Of a DNA stretch of 64,000 nucleotides, positions 10,243-18,749 are shown piece by piece. A program made the translations under genes and the position numbers. The notes beneath the pieces are model-generated. The model had not been told where the DNA came from and did no database searches. It saw only the letters and a list, made by a program, of their open reading frames with translations. Positions within the stretch are counted from its first letter, which is position 1. Each line of letters begins with the position of its first letter. The stretch is from an uncultured Gammaproteobacteria bacterium (GTDB lineage: Bacteria > Patescibacteriota > Microgenomatia > Levybacterales > UBA12049), in assembly GCA_964490105.1 (NCBI GenBank), contig CAZAZU010000003.1:245-64244 (forward strand). The letters are read 5' to 3'.

Positions 10243-10668
10243 TTAGTCAACCAAGTTAGGGATAATGATGTTTCCTCCGGTTAGTGATCCGGCATCAAAT
10301 AGCTGTAATACGAAGTTGATGATAAAGTAGGAGACGAAAACAAGCACTAAGCCTACAAGTGCAGCTACGATCGTTCCTCTTGCAGCCTCTACTTTGCCTT
10401 TATCCCCACCAGACATAATCCATTTGATTCCTCCGTAGACTAGAAATCCGATAGCTAATATAACAGCTACTATGAATAGGATTGTTATTATATTTGAAAT
10501 CATTGGACCTACTCCATCAGCCCCAAGCGAACATAAAGCTCCAAATCTGAGTCCTCCGCCTGGATTGTCAGCGCATGGATCAATCGGACCAAAATCCTGA
10601 GCAAATGCAATTGGGGTAAGACTTAAATAAGTTGCTGTAGAAAATATTAGAGCAGATAACTTTTTCAT
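10243..10668 (-). CDS. VirB2/TrbC-like pilin-like protein, paralog 2
   Basis: Signal peptide MKKLSALIFSTATYLSLTPIAFA if the ATG at 10666-10668 is used; the ORF track's 10707 start is TTG. Hairpin with MSGGDKGKVEAARGTIVAALVGLVLVFVSYF motif. Confidence 0.55.
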   Translation of the reverse strand: MKKLSALIFSTATYLSLTPIAFAQDFGPIDPCADNPGGGLRFGALCSLGADGVGPMISNIITILFIVAVILAIGFLVYGGIKWIMSGGDKGKVEAARGTIVAALVGLVLVFVSYFIINFVLQLFDAGSLTGGNIIIPNLVD

Positions 10669-10722
10669 TAGTAATATGATCGTATGAGGTTTTGAATTGT
10701 TTGTCAAGAGGTAAATTCGAGG

Positions 10723-11178
10723 CTAAAATGCACATCCCGGTCTAGATGGATTACATTGACACCTGTATCTTCCGGTATCCGCATCTCTTCTGCATAAGGG
10801 TCTGTCTGGATTTGGACAAGTTCCAAATGTGTCACCTCCGCATCTTGAGGTGCTAGCGGGTAGATCTAAAACCTTTACTTGGAAAAGAGCAGAAACGGTG
10901 CTAATTATCATAAAAGATGCGAAACCAACTATAAGACCGATTATTGCATAGATTATTTTTTTTCTTGCCGCCTCAACTTTGTTTTTGTCTCCTTGTGATG
11001 TTATATAGGAAATACCTCCCCAAATTAGAAAAAAAAGCGCAGTCAGCGTGAGGAGTATGAACAACACTGTCATTCCGTTTGAGATAAGACTAAGAAGGGT
11101 TTCGTCTCCTCCTGATGGCATTCCCATAATAGGGTCAATTCTTTTTCCGCCAGGTAGCGCTAATGCAATTTTTTCCAT
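10723..11178 (-). CDS. VirB2/TrbC-like pilin-like protein, paralog 3, with Cys-rich C-terminal tail
   Basis: Hairpin with TSQGDKNKVEAARKKIIYAIIGLIVGFASFMI. C-terminal Cys-rich CGGDTFGTCPNPDRPLCRRDADTGRYRCQCNPSRPGCAF. The track's N-terminal 11 aa (MIFWDYLDLDN) is read-through into the 349-bp repeat, so the start was trimmed to the ATG at 11176-11178. Confidence 0.55.
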   Translation of the reverse strand: MEKIALALPGGKRIDPIMGMPSGGDETLLSLISNGMTVLFILLTLTALFFLIWGGISYITSQGDKNKVEAARKKIIYAIIGLIVGFASFMIISTVSALFQVKVLDLPASTSRCGGDTFGTCPNPDRPLCRRDADTGRYRCQCNPSRPGCAF

Positions 11179-11179
11179 A

Positions 11180-11528
11180 TTATCTAAATCCAGGTAGTCC
11201 CAGAATATCACGGGTTATTAATTCAAGTAAAGCTAAGGAGAATATTATGAACAGAAGTCCAACTATCGCTGCGGTTAGTTGATCTCTGGCATTCTTAACT
11301 TTCTCAGGATCTCCCTGGGAAGTCATCAGCTTATATCCTGCAATAATTATGATTATTATTACTATTCCTCCGGAAATGCTTAAAACAAACCCAAGCATCC
11401 ATCTGGTAAATCCAGCTGAATCTGTTCTCACAAATCCGATTGCTGTTTTAATCTTTGTACACCCCTTAGCATCTGTATATGATGATCCATTCTTAGCACA
11501 AGGAAGGGAGAGAGGGTCATTTTGTTGA
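11180..11528. repeat. 349-bp direct repeat, copy A (3' end of pilin paralog 4 plus the junction)
   Basis: Appears identical, on reading, to 12141-12489. Encodes the shared C-terminal pilin module. Confidence 0.85.
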
Positions 11529-12097
11529 AGAGTCGTATCGCTTTCATAATCAGTATGAAAGCCTGGGACATCTCCCTCAGCAAAAGGCCTACAGAGGGGT
11601 GTTTTTGAGTCAGAGTAAGCCTTAGAGGTCATTTGATAAAACTTGCCATCTGCTGGATCCTTAAATACGCAGTAATTCATACTACATAGATTGCCTAGGC
11701 CTTTTCTGCACTGGTCATTGCTCGTGGTGCATGTGTCGCTAGCGTTTAGTTCACAGCGGTCTGTTTCGTCTGGAACATCTCTCACCTCACATCCTCTATA
11801 TGCATTTGCGCTACATATTTGATCATCTGGGCATGGTGAGGGAGGGTTTGGGTTAGGCGCTCGTTGTTCGCTTGAGCATTCGAAAGCCGTTTGGCTTGGA
11901 TTGCAAACCACATCGTCATTAACATATACACATTTCCAAACTCCGGCATCGTTATAAGGGTGTGCAGTTTTTCCGCTTACTCGAGGGCATGTAAAGCAAT
12001 CGCTGCCATTGCCTCGAGCGGCAAATGATGGATTTGATCCAAGTGCAAAAAGTAGGAAAAAAAATATAGGGACGAGAATTGTTAATATTTTTCTCAC
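11180..12097 (-). CDS. Secreted Cys-rich ectodomain fused to a C-terminal VirB2-like pilin module, paralog 4
   Basis: GTG start in frame at 12095-12097 gives signal peptide VRKILTILVPIFFFLLFALGSNPSFAA. About 20 Cys in the ectodomain. The C-terminal 116 aa are identical to paralog 5 (YKLMTSQGDPEKVKNARDQLTAAIVGLLFIIFSLALLELI). Confidence 0.55.
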   Translation of the reverse strand: MRKILTILVPIFFFLLFALGSNPSFAARGNGSDCFTCPRVSGKTAHPYNDAGVWKCVYVNDDVVCNPSQTAFECSSEQRAPNPNPPSPCPDDQICSANAYRGCEVRDVPDETDRCELNASDTCTTSNDQCRKGLGNLCSMNYCVFKDPADGKFYQMTSKAYSDSKTPLCRPFAEGDVPGFHTDYESDTTLQQNDPLSLPCAKNGSSYTDAKGCTKIKTAIGFVRTDSAGFTRWMLGFVLSISGGIVIIIIIIAGYKLMTSQGDPEKVKNARDQLTAAIVGLLFIIFSLALLELITRDILGLPGFR

Positions 12098-12140
12098 AAC
12101 TTTATCGTAGGTAAAACTTAGAGGAATTGCAAGAAAGGGG

Positions 12141-12489
12141 TTATCTAAATCCAGGTAGTCCCAGAATATCACGGGTTATTAATTCAAGTAAAGCTAAGGA
12201 GAATATTATGAACAGAAGTCCAACTATCGCTGCGGTTAGTTGATCTCTGGCATTCTTAACTTTCTCAGGATCTCCCTGGGAAGTCATCAGCTTATATCCT
12301 GCAATAATTATGATTATTATTACTATTCCTCCGGAAATGCTTAAAACAAACCCAAGCATCCATCTGGTAAATCCAGCTGAATCTGTTCTCACAAATCCGA
12401 TTGCTGTTTTAATCTTTGTACACCCCTTAGCATCTGTATATGATGATCCATTCTTAGCACAAGGAAGGGAGAGAGGGTCATTTTGTTGA
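12141..12489. repeat. 349-bp direct repeat, copy B (3' end of pilin paralog 5 plus the junction)
   Basis: Appears identical to 11180-11528. The copies are 961 bp apart. Confidence 0.85.
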
Positions 12490-13535
12490 TATCTGATACT
12501 GCTAACGCAGCCCTTTCCTTGTATGCATCTAAGGTTATTTCTTTCATTACAATAACCTTTGCTTTCCGGCATCGCTTCATCTCCTGACGGCGTAACGCAC
12601 TTACCATCATTCCATGTGTCAGTGCTTTTGCATTTATAACATGTATTTCCGAAGTCTTCGGGAGCTTCTTTGCAAGTTCCCGTAAGAGCATCTCTGCCGT
12701 TTTTATCACAAATTAAATTGTCGCAGCAGCTGCCCTGACTGCCTGCATTACCGCTACAGGTTTCCCCTTTATTATTGCAGAAGTCGGGTGGCGGATAGCC
12801 TTTTGGATATGCGCAGTATGTTCTAATTTCATTGCCCTTTCTGTTATTACATCGTGGACCAGGCCCCGATCCGCACACATTGCCAATTCCCTGAACCTCC
12901 TTGCAGTCATGAGTGCTTTTAGGGCAATTAGGATCTCTATTAGCGCACCAATCTCTTTCAGAGTCAGGGGTAGTACATCTTCCTTCTCCGGCAACACATC
13001 TTGTTCCTTGGGCAGAGCAATCAACTCTTGAAACAGGGTCTCTTAATTCGCTTCCCTTTACGCATAGATCTGCTGCGTTGCTCCATGTAAATCCCGAAGC
13101 GCATCGGGGACAGCTTTGGGGCGTTGCGGGGATTGGATTTGTTGCTGAGCAGTCAGCAGCAACCACATCTGGTCCTGGAGTGAAGCCTGCGGTTTGGTCG
13201 CTGCAGCCATGGTCAAACCCTCCGCCTATATCGCACTTGGAAAGTGTCCAGCTGATTGTTTTTCCTTCCTGGCTTTTTGAAACGTCAATCGTGTAGGGAG
13301 AAGATGTTATTCTGGTTTCCGGTATGCCCGTAGCGTTAAATTTCCAAAAGTAGCTATTACTATCTGCCGTAGAGTATGTCCATTCAAACTTAATTCTGGA
13401 AGTTTCATTGTCTGGTCCCCCACAAAACGGGTTAGCTCTAAGGTTTTGTGGCGGATTGGGAATTGCGTGTGCGACTTCTGGTAAAAAAAATACCATTGCA
13501 AGAAAATAAATAACTAAGATCAGAATTTTTCTCAC
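12141..13535 (-). CDS. Secreted large Cys-rich ectodomain fused to a C-terminal VirB2-like pilin module, paralog 5
   Basis: GTG start with signal peptide MRKILILVIYFLAMVFFLPEVAHA. More than 40 Cys in the ectodomain. C-terminal 116 aa identical to paralog 4. Shares a 27-bp 5'-end block and the 349-bp 3' block with paralog 4. Confidence 0.6.
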   Translation of the reverse strand: MRKILILVIYFLAMVFFLPEVAHAIPNPPQNLRANPFCGGPDNETSRIKFEWTYSTADSNSYFWKFNATGIPETRITSSPYTIDVSKSQEGKTISWTLSKCDIGGGFDHGCSDQTAGFTPGPDVVAADCSATNPIPATPQSCPRCASGFTWSNAADLCVKGSELRDPVSRVDCSAQGTRCVAGEGRCTTPDSERDWCANRDPNCPKSTHDCKEVQGIGNVCGSGPGPRCNNRKGNEIRTYCAYPKGYPPPDFCNNKGETCSGNAGSQGSCCDNLICDKNGRDALTGTCKEAPEDFGNTCYKCKSTDTWNDGKCVTPSGDEAMPESKGYCNERNNLRCIQGKGCVSSIRYQQNDPLSLPCAKNGSSYTDAKGCTKIKTAIGFVRTDSAGFTRWMLGFVLSISGGIVIIIIIIAGYKLMTSQGDPEKVKNARDQLTAAIVGLLFIIFSLALLELITRDILGLPGFR

Positions 13536-13571
13536 AACTTTATCGTAGAAGAATAAAATTCGATTTGCAAA

Positions 13572-14879
13572 TTAGGAAGAGAATTTAAAGCCTCGGCCTT
13601 TTATTGTTTGGATGTGCGTAGGAGAGTTAGGGTTTTCCTCGATTTTTTTTCTTACCCTAAAAATTAGCTGATCTAAGGCTTGCTCAGTTACTCCTGCGGT
13701 CGAAGCTTGATCTCCCCATACGCTACTGATTATCTCGTCTCTCTCTAAGATTTTTTCAGGGTTTAAGGCTAAGAATTTAAGCAACTTAAACTCTGAGGAT
13801 GTTAATCCTTCAGATAGGATGAGATTGCCTTTTATTATTTCATTTGTTGACTCATCATAGATAATCTCATTTTTGGCGTTTTTAAGTTCATTTTTTGCAA
13901 ATTCTTCTAAAAGGGGAACAGCAAATTTATTATTTTTGACTAAGTCTATTGCCACTAGATGGCTTGATTCGGTAGCGTCTTCCTTAGCAATTAGATTTTG
14001 CTCAAACGGGGTAAGGGATTTCCAGATTTCTGTTAAAACTGCCTTAACTCGCGTATTTGATAAAAGAAATTCTTTAATGTTCTTTTTAACCCCTTCATTG
14101 ATGCACGCTTCAGTACTTACAAGCCATAGTTTTCCCAAACCGCCGGTAACTTTAATAATTTCATCAAGAGTAGGTTGATTAATAGTTTTGTCTGTAGATT
14201 TTTTAATATAGCTTAACCTAAAGTTTCTAATTTTCTCATCTCCTAGCGAGAGATAGACTAAATTCCCTACTAAAAATTCATAAAAAGTTGATAAAACGTC
14301 ATGCCCTATTGTTTCCTCAAGCGGGCGATTAAGGGGAAAAACACAAGAAAATCTGTATTTTGCTCTGTCTCTTAATACTTTTAAGTTTTCAAAAAATACA
14401 GGCTCAACTACGCCCACATATTCTTCAAATTTGTCAAAAAGAAGAACTATGGTTAATTCCTTATGTAAGCATAAATAGTCAATTGTTTTTTTAAATCCTT
14501 GAAAAATTACTAACTCATCGCCTGATTTTAAACTCTCATCTAAGATTGCTTTGGTAAACTTATATTCTTCGTTCAGTTTTCTCTCCTGTAGGGAATCTAC
14601 GAGCTCTAAAAACATGTATTTAGTAGAATCAGACAGCGGTCTTTTTTTAATCTCAGAAAAATTTAGCATTACGAAATGGAACCATTTTTGATTTTCTCCC
14701 AGATGAAGATGACGCGCCTTTGTGTTATATGCAAGAATTCGAAGCACGTTACTTCTCCCAACACCGGGAAGTGAAATAACTTGTGCTGAATTACCACTTT
14801 TAATATAGGAAATTATTTTTCCTATTTCTTCTTTTCTGGAATCCGGCGGGTAAAGTGATTCAAAGTGCGTAGGTTCCAT
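13572..14879 (-). CDS. Putative transcriptional regulator: N-terminal ATPase-like domain plus C-terminal OmpR/PhoB-type winged helix
   Basis: C-terminus LSEGLTSSEFKLLKFLALNPEKILERDEIISSVWGD...TEQALDQLIFRVRKKIEENPNSPTHIQTIKGRGFKF matches the Trans_reg_C pattern. N-terminus has a degenerate P-loop-like LPGVGRSNVLR. First gene of the minus-strand block. Confidence 0.55.
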   Translation of the reverse strand: MEPTHFESLYPPDSRKEEIGKIISYIKSGNSAQVISLPGVGRSNVLRILAYNTKARHLHLGENQKWFHFVMLNFSEIKKRPLSDSTKYMFLELVDSLQERKLNEEYKFTKAILDESLKSGDELVIFQGFKKTIDYLCLHKELTIVLLFDKFEEYVGVVEPVFFENLKVLRDRAKYRFSCVFPLNRPLEETIGHDVLSTFYEFLVGNLVYLSLGDEKIRNFRLSYIKKSTDKTINQPTLDEIIKVTGGLGKLWLVSTEACINEGVKKNIKEFLLSNTRVKAVLTEIWKSLTPFEQNLIAKEDATESSHLVAIDLVKNNKFAVPLLEEFAKNELKNAKNEIIYDESTNEIIKGNLILSEGLTSSEFKLLKFLALNPEKILERDEIISSVWGDQASTAGVTEQALDQLIFRVRKKIEENPNSPTHIQTIKGRGFKFSS

Positions 14880-14950
14880 AGCTTTGGTTATTTAATTGTA
14901 AGTGTTTTATAAGGTTTTTATCAAGCTCGTAGGAGTGGTTTGACTTAAAC

Positions 14951-17900
14951 TTGCTCCATATGACACAGGAAATTCTTACAGGATCCATTCAACAGATTCA
15001 GGGTAAGCAAATTGAATTGACAGTAAGAAGCATAAATCCTACACTGAATAGAGGGGGAGAAATCTTTATGTCAGACGCTGGAATTAATACTGAAGCACCA
15101 CAAGCCGTAAGACCTGTCGCAACAAGCGGGGAATTACCTGCTCTTCCGAGAGCGGGGGGGATGTCTCTTGAAGGATTGACTCCGGCTCAACAAATTGATG
15201 CCAAAAGAACTATAAAGCTTATTGAGGATCTAGGTTTTAAGCCAAAAGAAGTGACTTCTAAAGGTAGAACTGAGCAGACGGCTCAGTCAGTTGTTGAAAA
15301 TGCAGGCTTAGATAGTCAGGATCCAGTAGTTTTAAAAAGATCTCGCGATTTAGCAAATAAAGAAGATTTAACAGCAGAGGAGACTGCAGAACTACTTCAA
15401 GCAAATTCTGGGAGAATTTCAAAAGCAGAAGAGTTACTTAAGGAATCATTAGGCAGAGAATTAACTGATGCTGAGAAAAAAGCAATCTTAAGAGCTCATT
15501 TTGTGGGATTTGGTGAAAAAGGAAAAGATGAAAAAAGAGACTCTGGTGTATTTAATGTAAGCCAGGAGCAGTTAGCGGAAAAAGCAAGAATTCTTAAGGA
15601 TGCAGGTTTTGATAAAGAACAAAGACGAGAAATCATAGAATCAGGTCTTGCTGCAGGTGCTCCTCCAGCTCCAGCTAATCCCATGGATGCAAGAAATCAG
15701 GCAATTGCCGATCTGGCTAATCTAAATCTTACGTTAAAGCTTGCTGATATTAGAGACAAAATATTGGCCTTACATGCAGAAGCACAAGCGGGCAATCAAG
15801 GAGCTGGTCTAGTGCCAAATCCTGATGGAATATCTTCTGAGACATTTGATGCTATCTATAAAGGATTTTTTGAAAGAGTAAAAAATGTCTTGAACATGCC
15901 AAATCCCCCCGTTGAGGTTTTAGCACTTGAGCAGCAACTCAAGCAAATAAAAGATCTAGATGACAGAACTCACGAGCAACGAGGACCGCAAGAGAATTTT
16001 ATAAATGAATACGACTTTCTAGTAAAACAGCTTGTAGATGTTGGGCCAAATAATCCTCAGAGGCAGCAGTTTGAGCAAATGCTCGTAGATAGGGTTGTGG
16101 CATTTACCGCTTCTGGGGTTAATCCTTCAAATGACAATATTTACGATATGACTTTAAAGAGAATTATTCAAACAGATGTTTTAGTGTCGAATCCTGTACT
16201 ACAAGAGCAGGTGAGATCGGCGCTAGATAGATTGGTGGTTAGAATTGTAGGATTACCACTACAATCTGATACGGGAGATTTTGACATCGGATTTTATGGA
16301 GGAATTAATTTTGCCTCTATAAAAAATCTTTTACTCTCTATGTCTCAGGACCCATCATACTTTGAAACTAGAGAGATACGCAGGTTATATAGCCAAATGA
16401 ATCTAACAACAAGAGATGCGTATGTACAGTTTAGAGATACAAGAAGAGACCAGAATCTTAATGTGGGATCAAAATTTGAAGCAATGAGAATAGTCCATGA
16501 GTTAAATAAAATGATTGTTCAAAATCAGCTTGATGCTGCTAACCAGGCAGCGCCTCAATTAGGGCCTGAGTATGTTCAGGCATTGTCTAAGTCAAAAGGA
16601 GTTGCATCTGTATTCAGGATTATGGAGTCTGGAATTCTGGATCTTATGGCTAGAGATGGATATATGGCCAAAGGCAGATATGATGCATTAATGGGTAAAG
16701 CACAAAGTCAGGAAACTGGAAGATTTGATAACTCAGGAAATGCATCTATTGTTAAGCAGATTAGAAAAATGCAAGAGCAGCTGGGATCATTGCCGCAAGG
16801 TGCTCAAGCAGGATTAACTCAAGACATGAAGCAATTACTCCAGATGGAAGATTGGGAAGTAGACCTAGCATTTAATTTGGGAAGAAATCTTTATAACATT
16901 TTACATAGATCTGCTGAGCTATCTTCATGGGGAAGATTGCCAAAAGGACTTAAGGCATTTACAAATTCCGTATTTGGAGGATTTAGAAATATTTATAACC
17001 CTGGACTCCATGTTCTAGAAAGATTTAAGCCAGGCGCAGGCAGAGGAGGATATAGATTATTTGAAATGTTTATGGATGCAATGCAAAGACGAAGAAAAAC
17101 TATGGAAGGTTACGGAGACATGAATTTGGAGCAGGTTAGGGGCGACCTTATTAAATTCTTTGAGCTTCCTTCTATCGCTGGCCAAAGAGGATTTATTTCT
17201 TCATGGAAAGCAAATGAGGGAACCCTAACAATGGTGGAAACTAATTTTACCCCACAGGGTATTTTCGGTCAATTCGATATACATTCCCAAATGCACCTAG
17301 AGGAAGATGGATCAAAAATTTTTGATAGAGCTACAGGGATTGTGCCGGGTAGAGGCATTGGTCATTTCCTGGATACAGATGCGTTAACTTTCATTAATAG
17401 CGCAGGGGAGCAGTTTGAATGGGGTAAGCTATCAGATGGGCAGAAAGCTGATTATTTCAGATCTTTATTTTTTGAACCCGGAACGGGAGGCCACGGACAT
17501 GACCCAGTGTTAAGACGGGATATAAATATTGGATTAGGGGTAATTTATAAAACCGCGCTGGGGCCAGCGGGGGGGCATCATGGGCATGAAAGTCATCACC
17601 TCAATGAAGTTAAAGAACAAATAAGGAGATTGATATGGGAGCGCGCTGCTGAAGAAAATCCACTTGCAGTTTTGCCTTATCTACATAAGCTTAAATTTAG
17701 CGCCGATCATGCGCCTGTTACTGTAGGGCAGGGGCCTCAGGCAAGAACAGAGGTTGTGGCAGGAAAAACCTTACTTGCTGATGTGTATCAAGCACCAGTA
17801 ATGAGCGATTCCAAAGTAAAATTCATGCTGCTAAATGAGTGGAGAATGTCAAAGATTAAGGAAGGGAATCTCAACTACACTTTAGTTGATGCTATAAATG

Positions 17901-18727
17901 AGATTGATGCATCAATGGGAGTACAGAGAGATCCTATTACGCACGCTATAACCAATCAAGTCGCCGTTATGGGGCTTAGTCTCACTCAAGAAGAATATGA
18001 ATTATACGATAGGATTGTTGAGAGCGCAAAATTAGCATCTAGAGATATGGCAAATGTAAGGTATGGCTTTGTGGCATTTGCGAATGATCTTCCTTTTGAA
18101 AAAGAGAACTTTGATGTTTTGGGAAATAACGCATATCAAAGGCACTTCGGAGATGTGGTTCAGATAAATAGCTCAACACAAGCTATGATAGACGCATTTG
18201 ACAATCTTGGTACAGTAAAAGATTTTCATGGAGTGGTCGAGGTTGTGGGTAAATTTGAAAAAGGAATTACTGCAGTTCATGGGGATGCTGCAGCCAAAGA
18301 TAAAGCAGCTCCTTTAGTAGAGGCTATTACAAGATTTTTTAGAAGAGGTGAGAATGCAGGTGGAGAAAAATTCGTTGAAGAGGATAAAAAAGGCCCAATG
18401 GCTAAAATGAAAAGATATTTTAGGCAATGGGACGAGGTGCATTCAGTCTTGCAACAGTTTCATAAAGCAAACTCTATCGCTCAGCAGGAATATAATGTTG
18501 AAGCATTGGCATTAGATAGGCATCAGATTTACTTACTTCAGGAGGAGTTGATGGCAAGTGGATTTATGGGGCATGATCAGGAAGAGGAGTTTAGGAAAAA
18601 CTTTGGAGGGTTCTTGGGTTTTATAACAAGAATGATGCTTGAAGGATTCTTAAGGACTGGAAAATTATCTACGATAATAACAGCGAGAGGTTTGTTGGGG
18701 AGTTCATTTAAAGGTGCAATTGAATAA
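14951..18727 (+). CDS. Large soluble hypothetical protein (1258 aa), divergent from the regulator. The real start may be the internal Met at about 15069
   Basis: Long uninterrupted ORF with no TM segment. Helical, charged N-terminal third. His-rich motifs GGHGHDPV and GGHHGHESHH near 17490-17600. Confidence 0.5.
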   Translation: MLHMTQEILTGSIQQIQGKQIELTVRSINPTLNRGGEIFMSDAGINTEAPQAVRPVATSGELPALPRAGGMSLEGLTPAQQIDAKRTIKLIEDLGFKPKEVTSKGRTEQTAQSVVENAGLDSQDPVVLKRSRDLANKEDLTAEETAELLQANSGRISKAEELLKESLGRELTDAEKKAILRAHFVGFGEKGKDEKRDSGVFNVSQEQLAEKARILKDAGFDKEQRREIIESGLAAGAPPAPANPMDARNQAIADLANLNLTLKLADIRDKILALHAEAQAGNQGAGLVPNPDGISSETFDAIYKGFFERVKNVLNMPNPPVEVLALEQQLKQIKDLDDRTHEQRGPQENFINEYDFLVKQLVDVGPNNPQRQQFEQMLVDRVVAFTASGVNPSNDNIYDMTLKRIIQTDVLVSNPVLQEQVRSALDRLVVRIVGLPLQSDTGDFDIGFYGGINFASIKNLLLSMSQDPSYFETREIRRLYSQMNLTTRDAYVQFRDTRRDQNLNVGSKFEAMRIVHELNKMIVQNQLDAANQAAPQLGPEYVQALSKSKGVASVFRIMESGILDLMARDGYMAKGRYDALMGKAQSQETGRFDNSGNASIVKQIRKMQEQLGSLPQGAQAGLTQDMKQLLQMEDWEVDLAFNLGRNLYNILHRSAELSSWGRLPKGLKAFTNSVFGGFRNIYNPGLHVLERFKPGAGRGGYRLFEMFMDAMQRRRKTMEGYGDMNLEQVRGDLIKFFELPSIAGQRGFISSWKANEGTLTMVETNFTPQGIFGQFDIHSQMHLEEDGSKIFDRATGIVPGRGIGHFLDTDALTFINSAGEQFEWGKLSDGQKADYFRSLFFEPGTGGHGHDPVLRRDINIGLGVIYKTALGPAGGHHGHESHHLNEVKEQIRRLIWERAAEENPLAVLPYLHKLKFSADHAPVTVGQGPQARTEVVAGKTLLADVYQAPVMSDSKVKFMLLNEWRMSKIKEGNLNYTLVDAINEIDASMGVQRDPITHAITNQVAVMGLSLTQEEYELYDRIVESAKLASRDMANVRYGFVAFANDLPFEKENFDVLGNNAYQRHFGDVVQINSSTQAMIDAFDNLGTVKDFHGVVEVVGKFEKGITAVHGDAAAKDKAAPLVEAITRFFRRGENAGGEKFVEEDKKGPMAKMKRYFRQWDEVHSVLQQFHKANSIAQQEYNVEALALDRHQIYLLQEELMASGFMGHDQEEEFRKNFGGFLGFITRMMLEGFLRTGKLSTIITARGLLGSSFKGAIE

Positions 18728-18749
18728 AAGCTATTGAAAGTTAAGTATG

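Noticed and set aside
10723-12172. ORF-track starts at 11211 and 12172 giving a shared MIFWDYLDLDN N-terminus
   Set aside because: These are read-through translations of the first bases of the 349-bp repeat. In-frame ATG (11178) and GTG (12097) starts with signal peptides are more plausible.
12389-13296. Track ORFs 12389-12709(-), 12713-13024(-) and 12913-13296(+) inside pilin paralog 5
   Set aside because: Shadow or alternate-frame ORFs within a long, well-supported Cys-rich coding frame. No independent signals.
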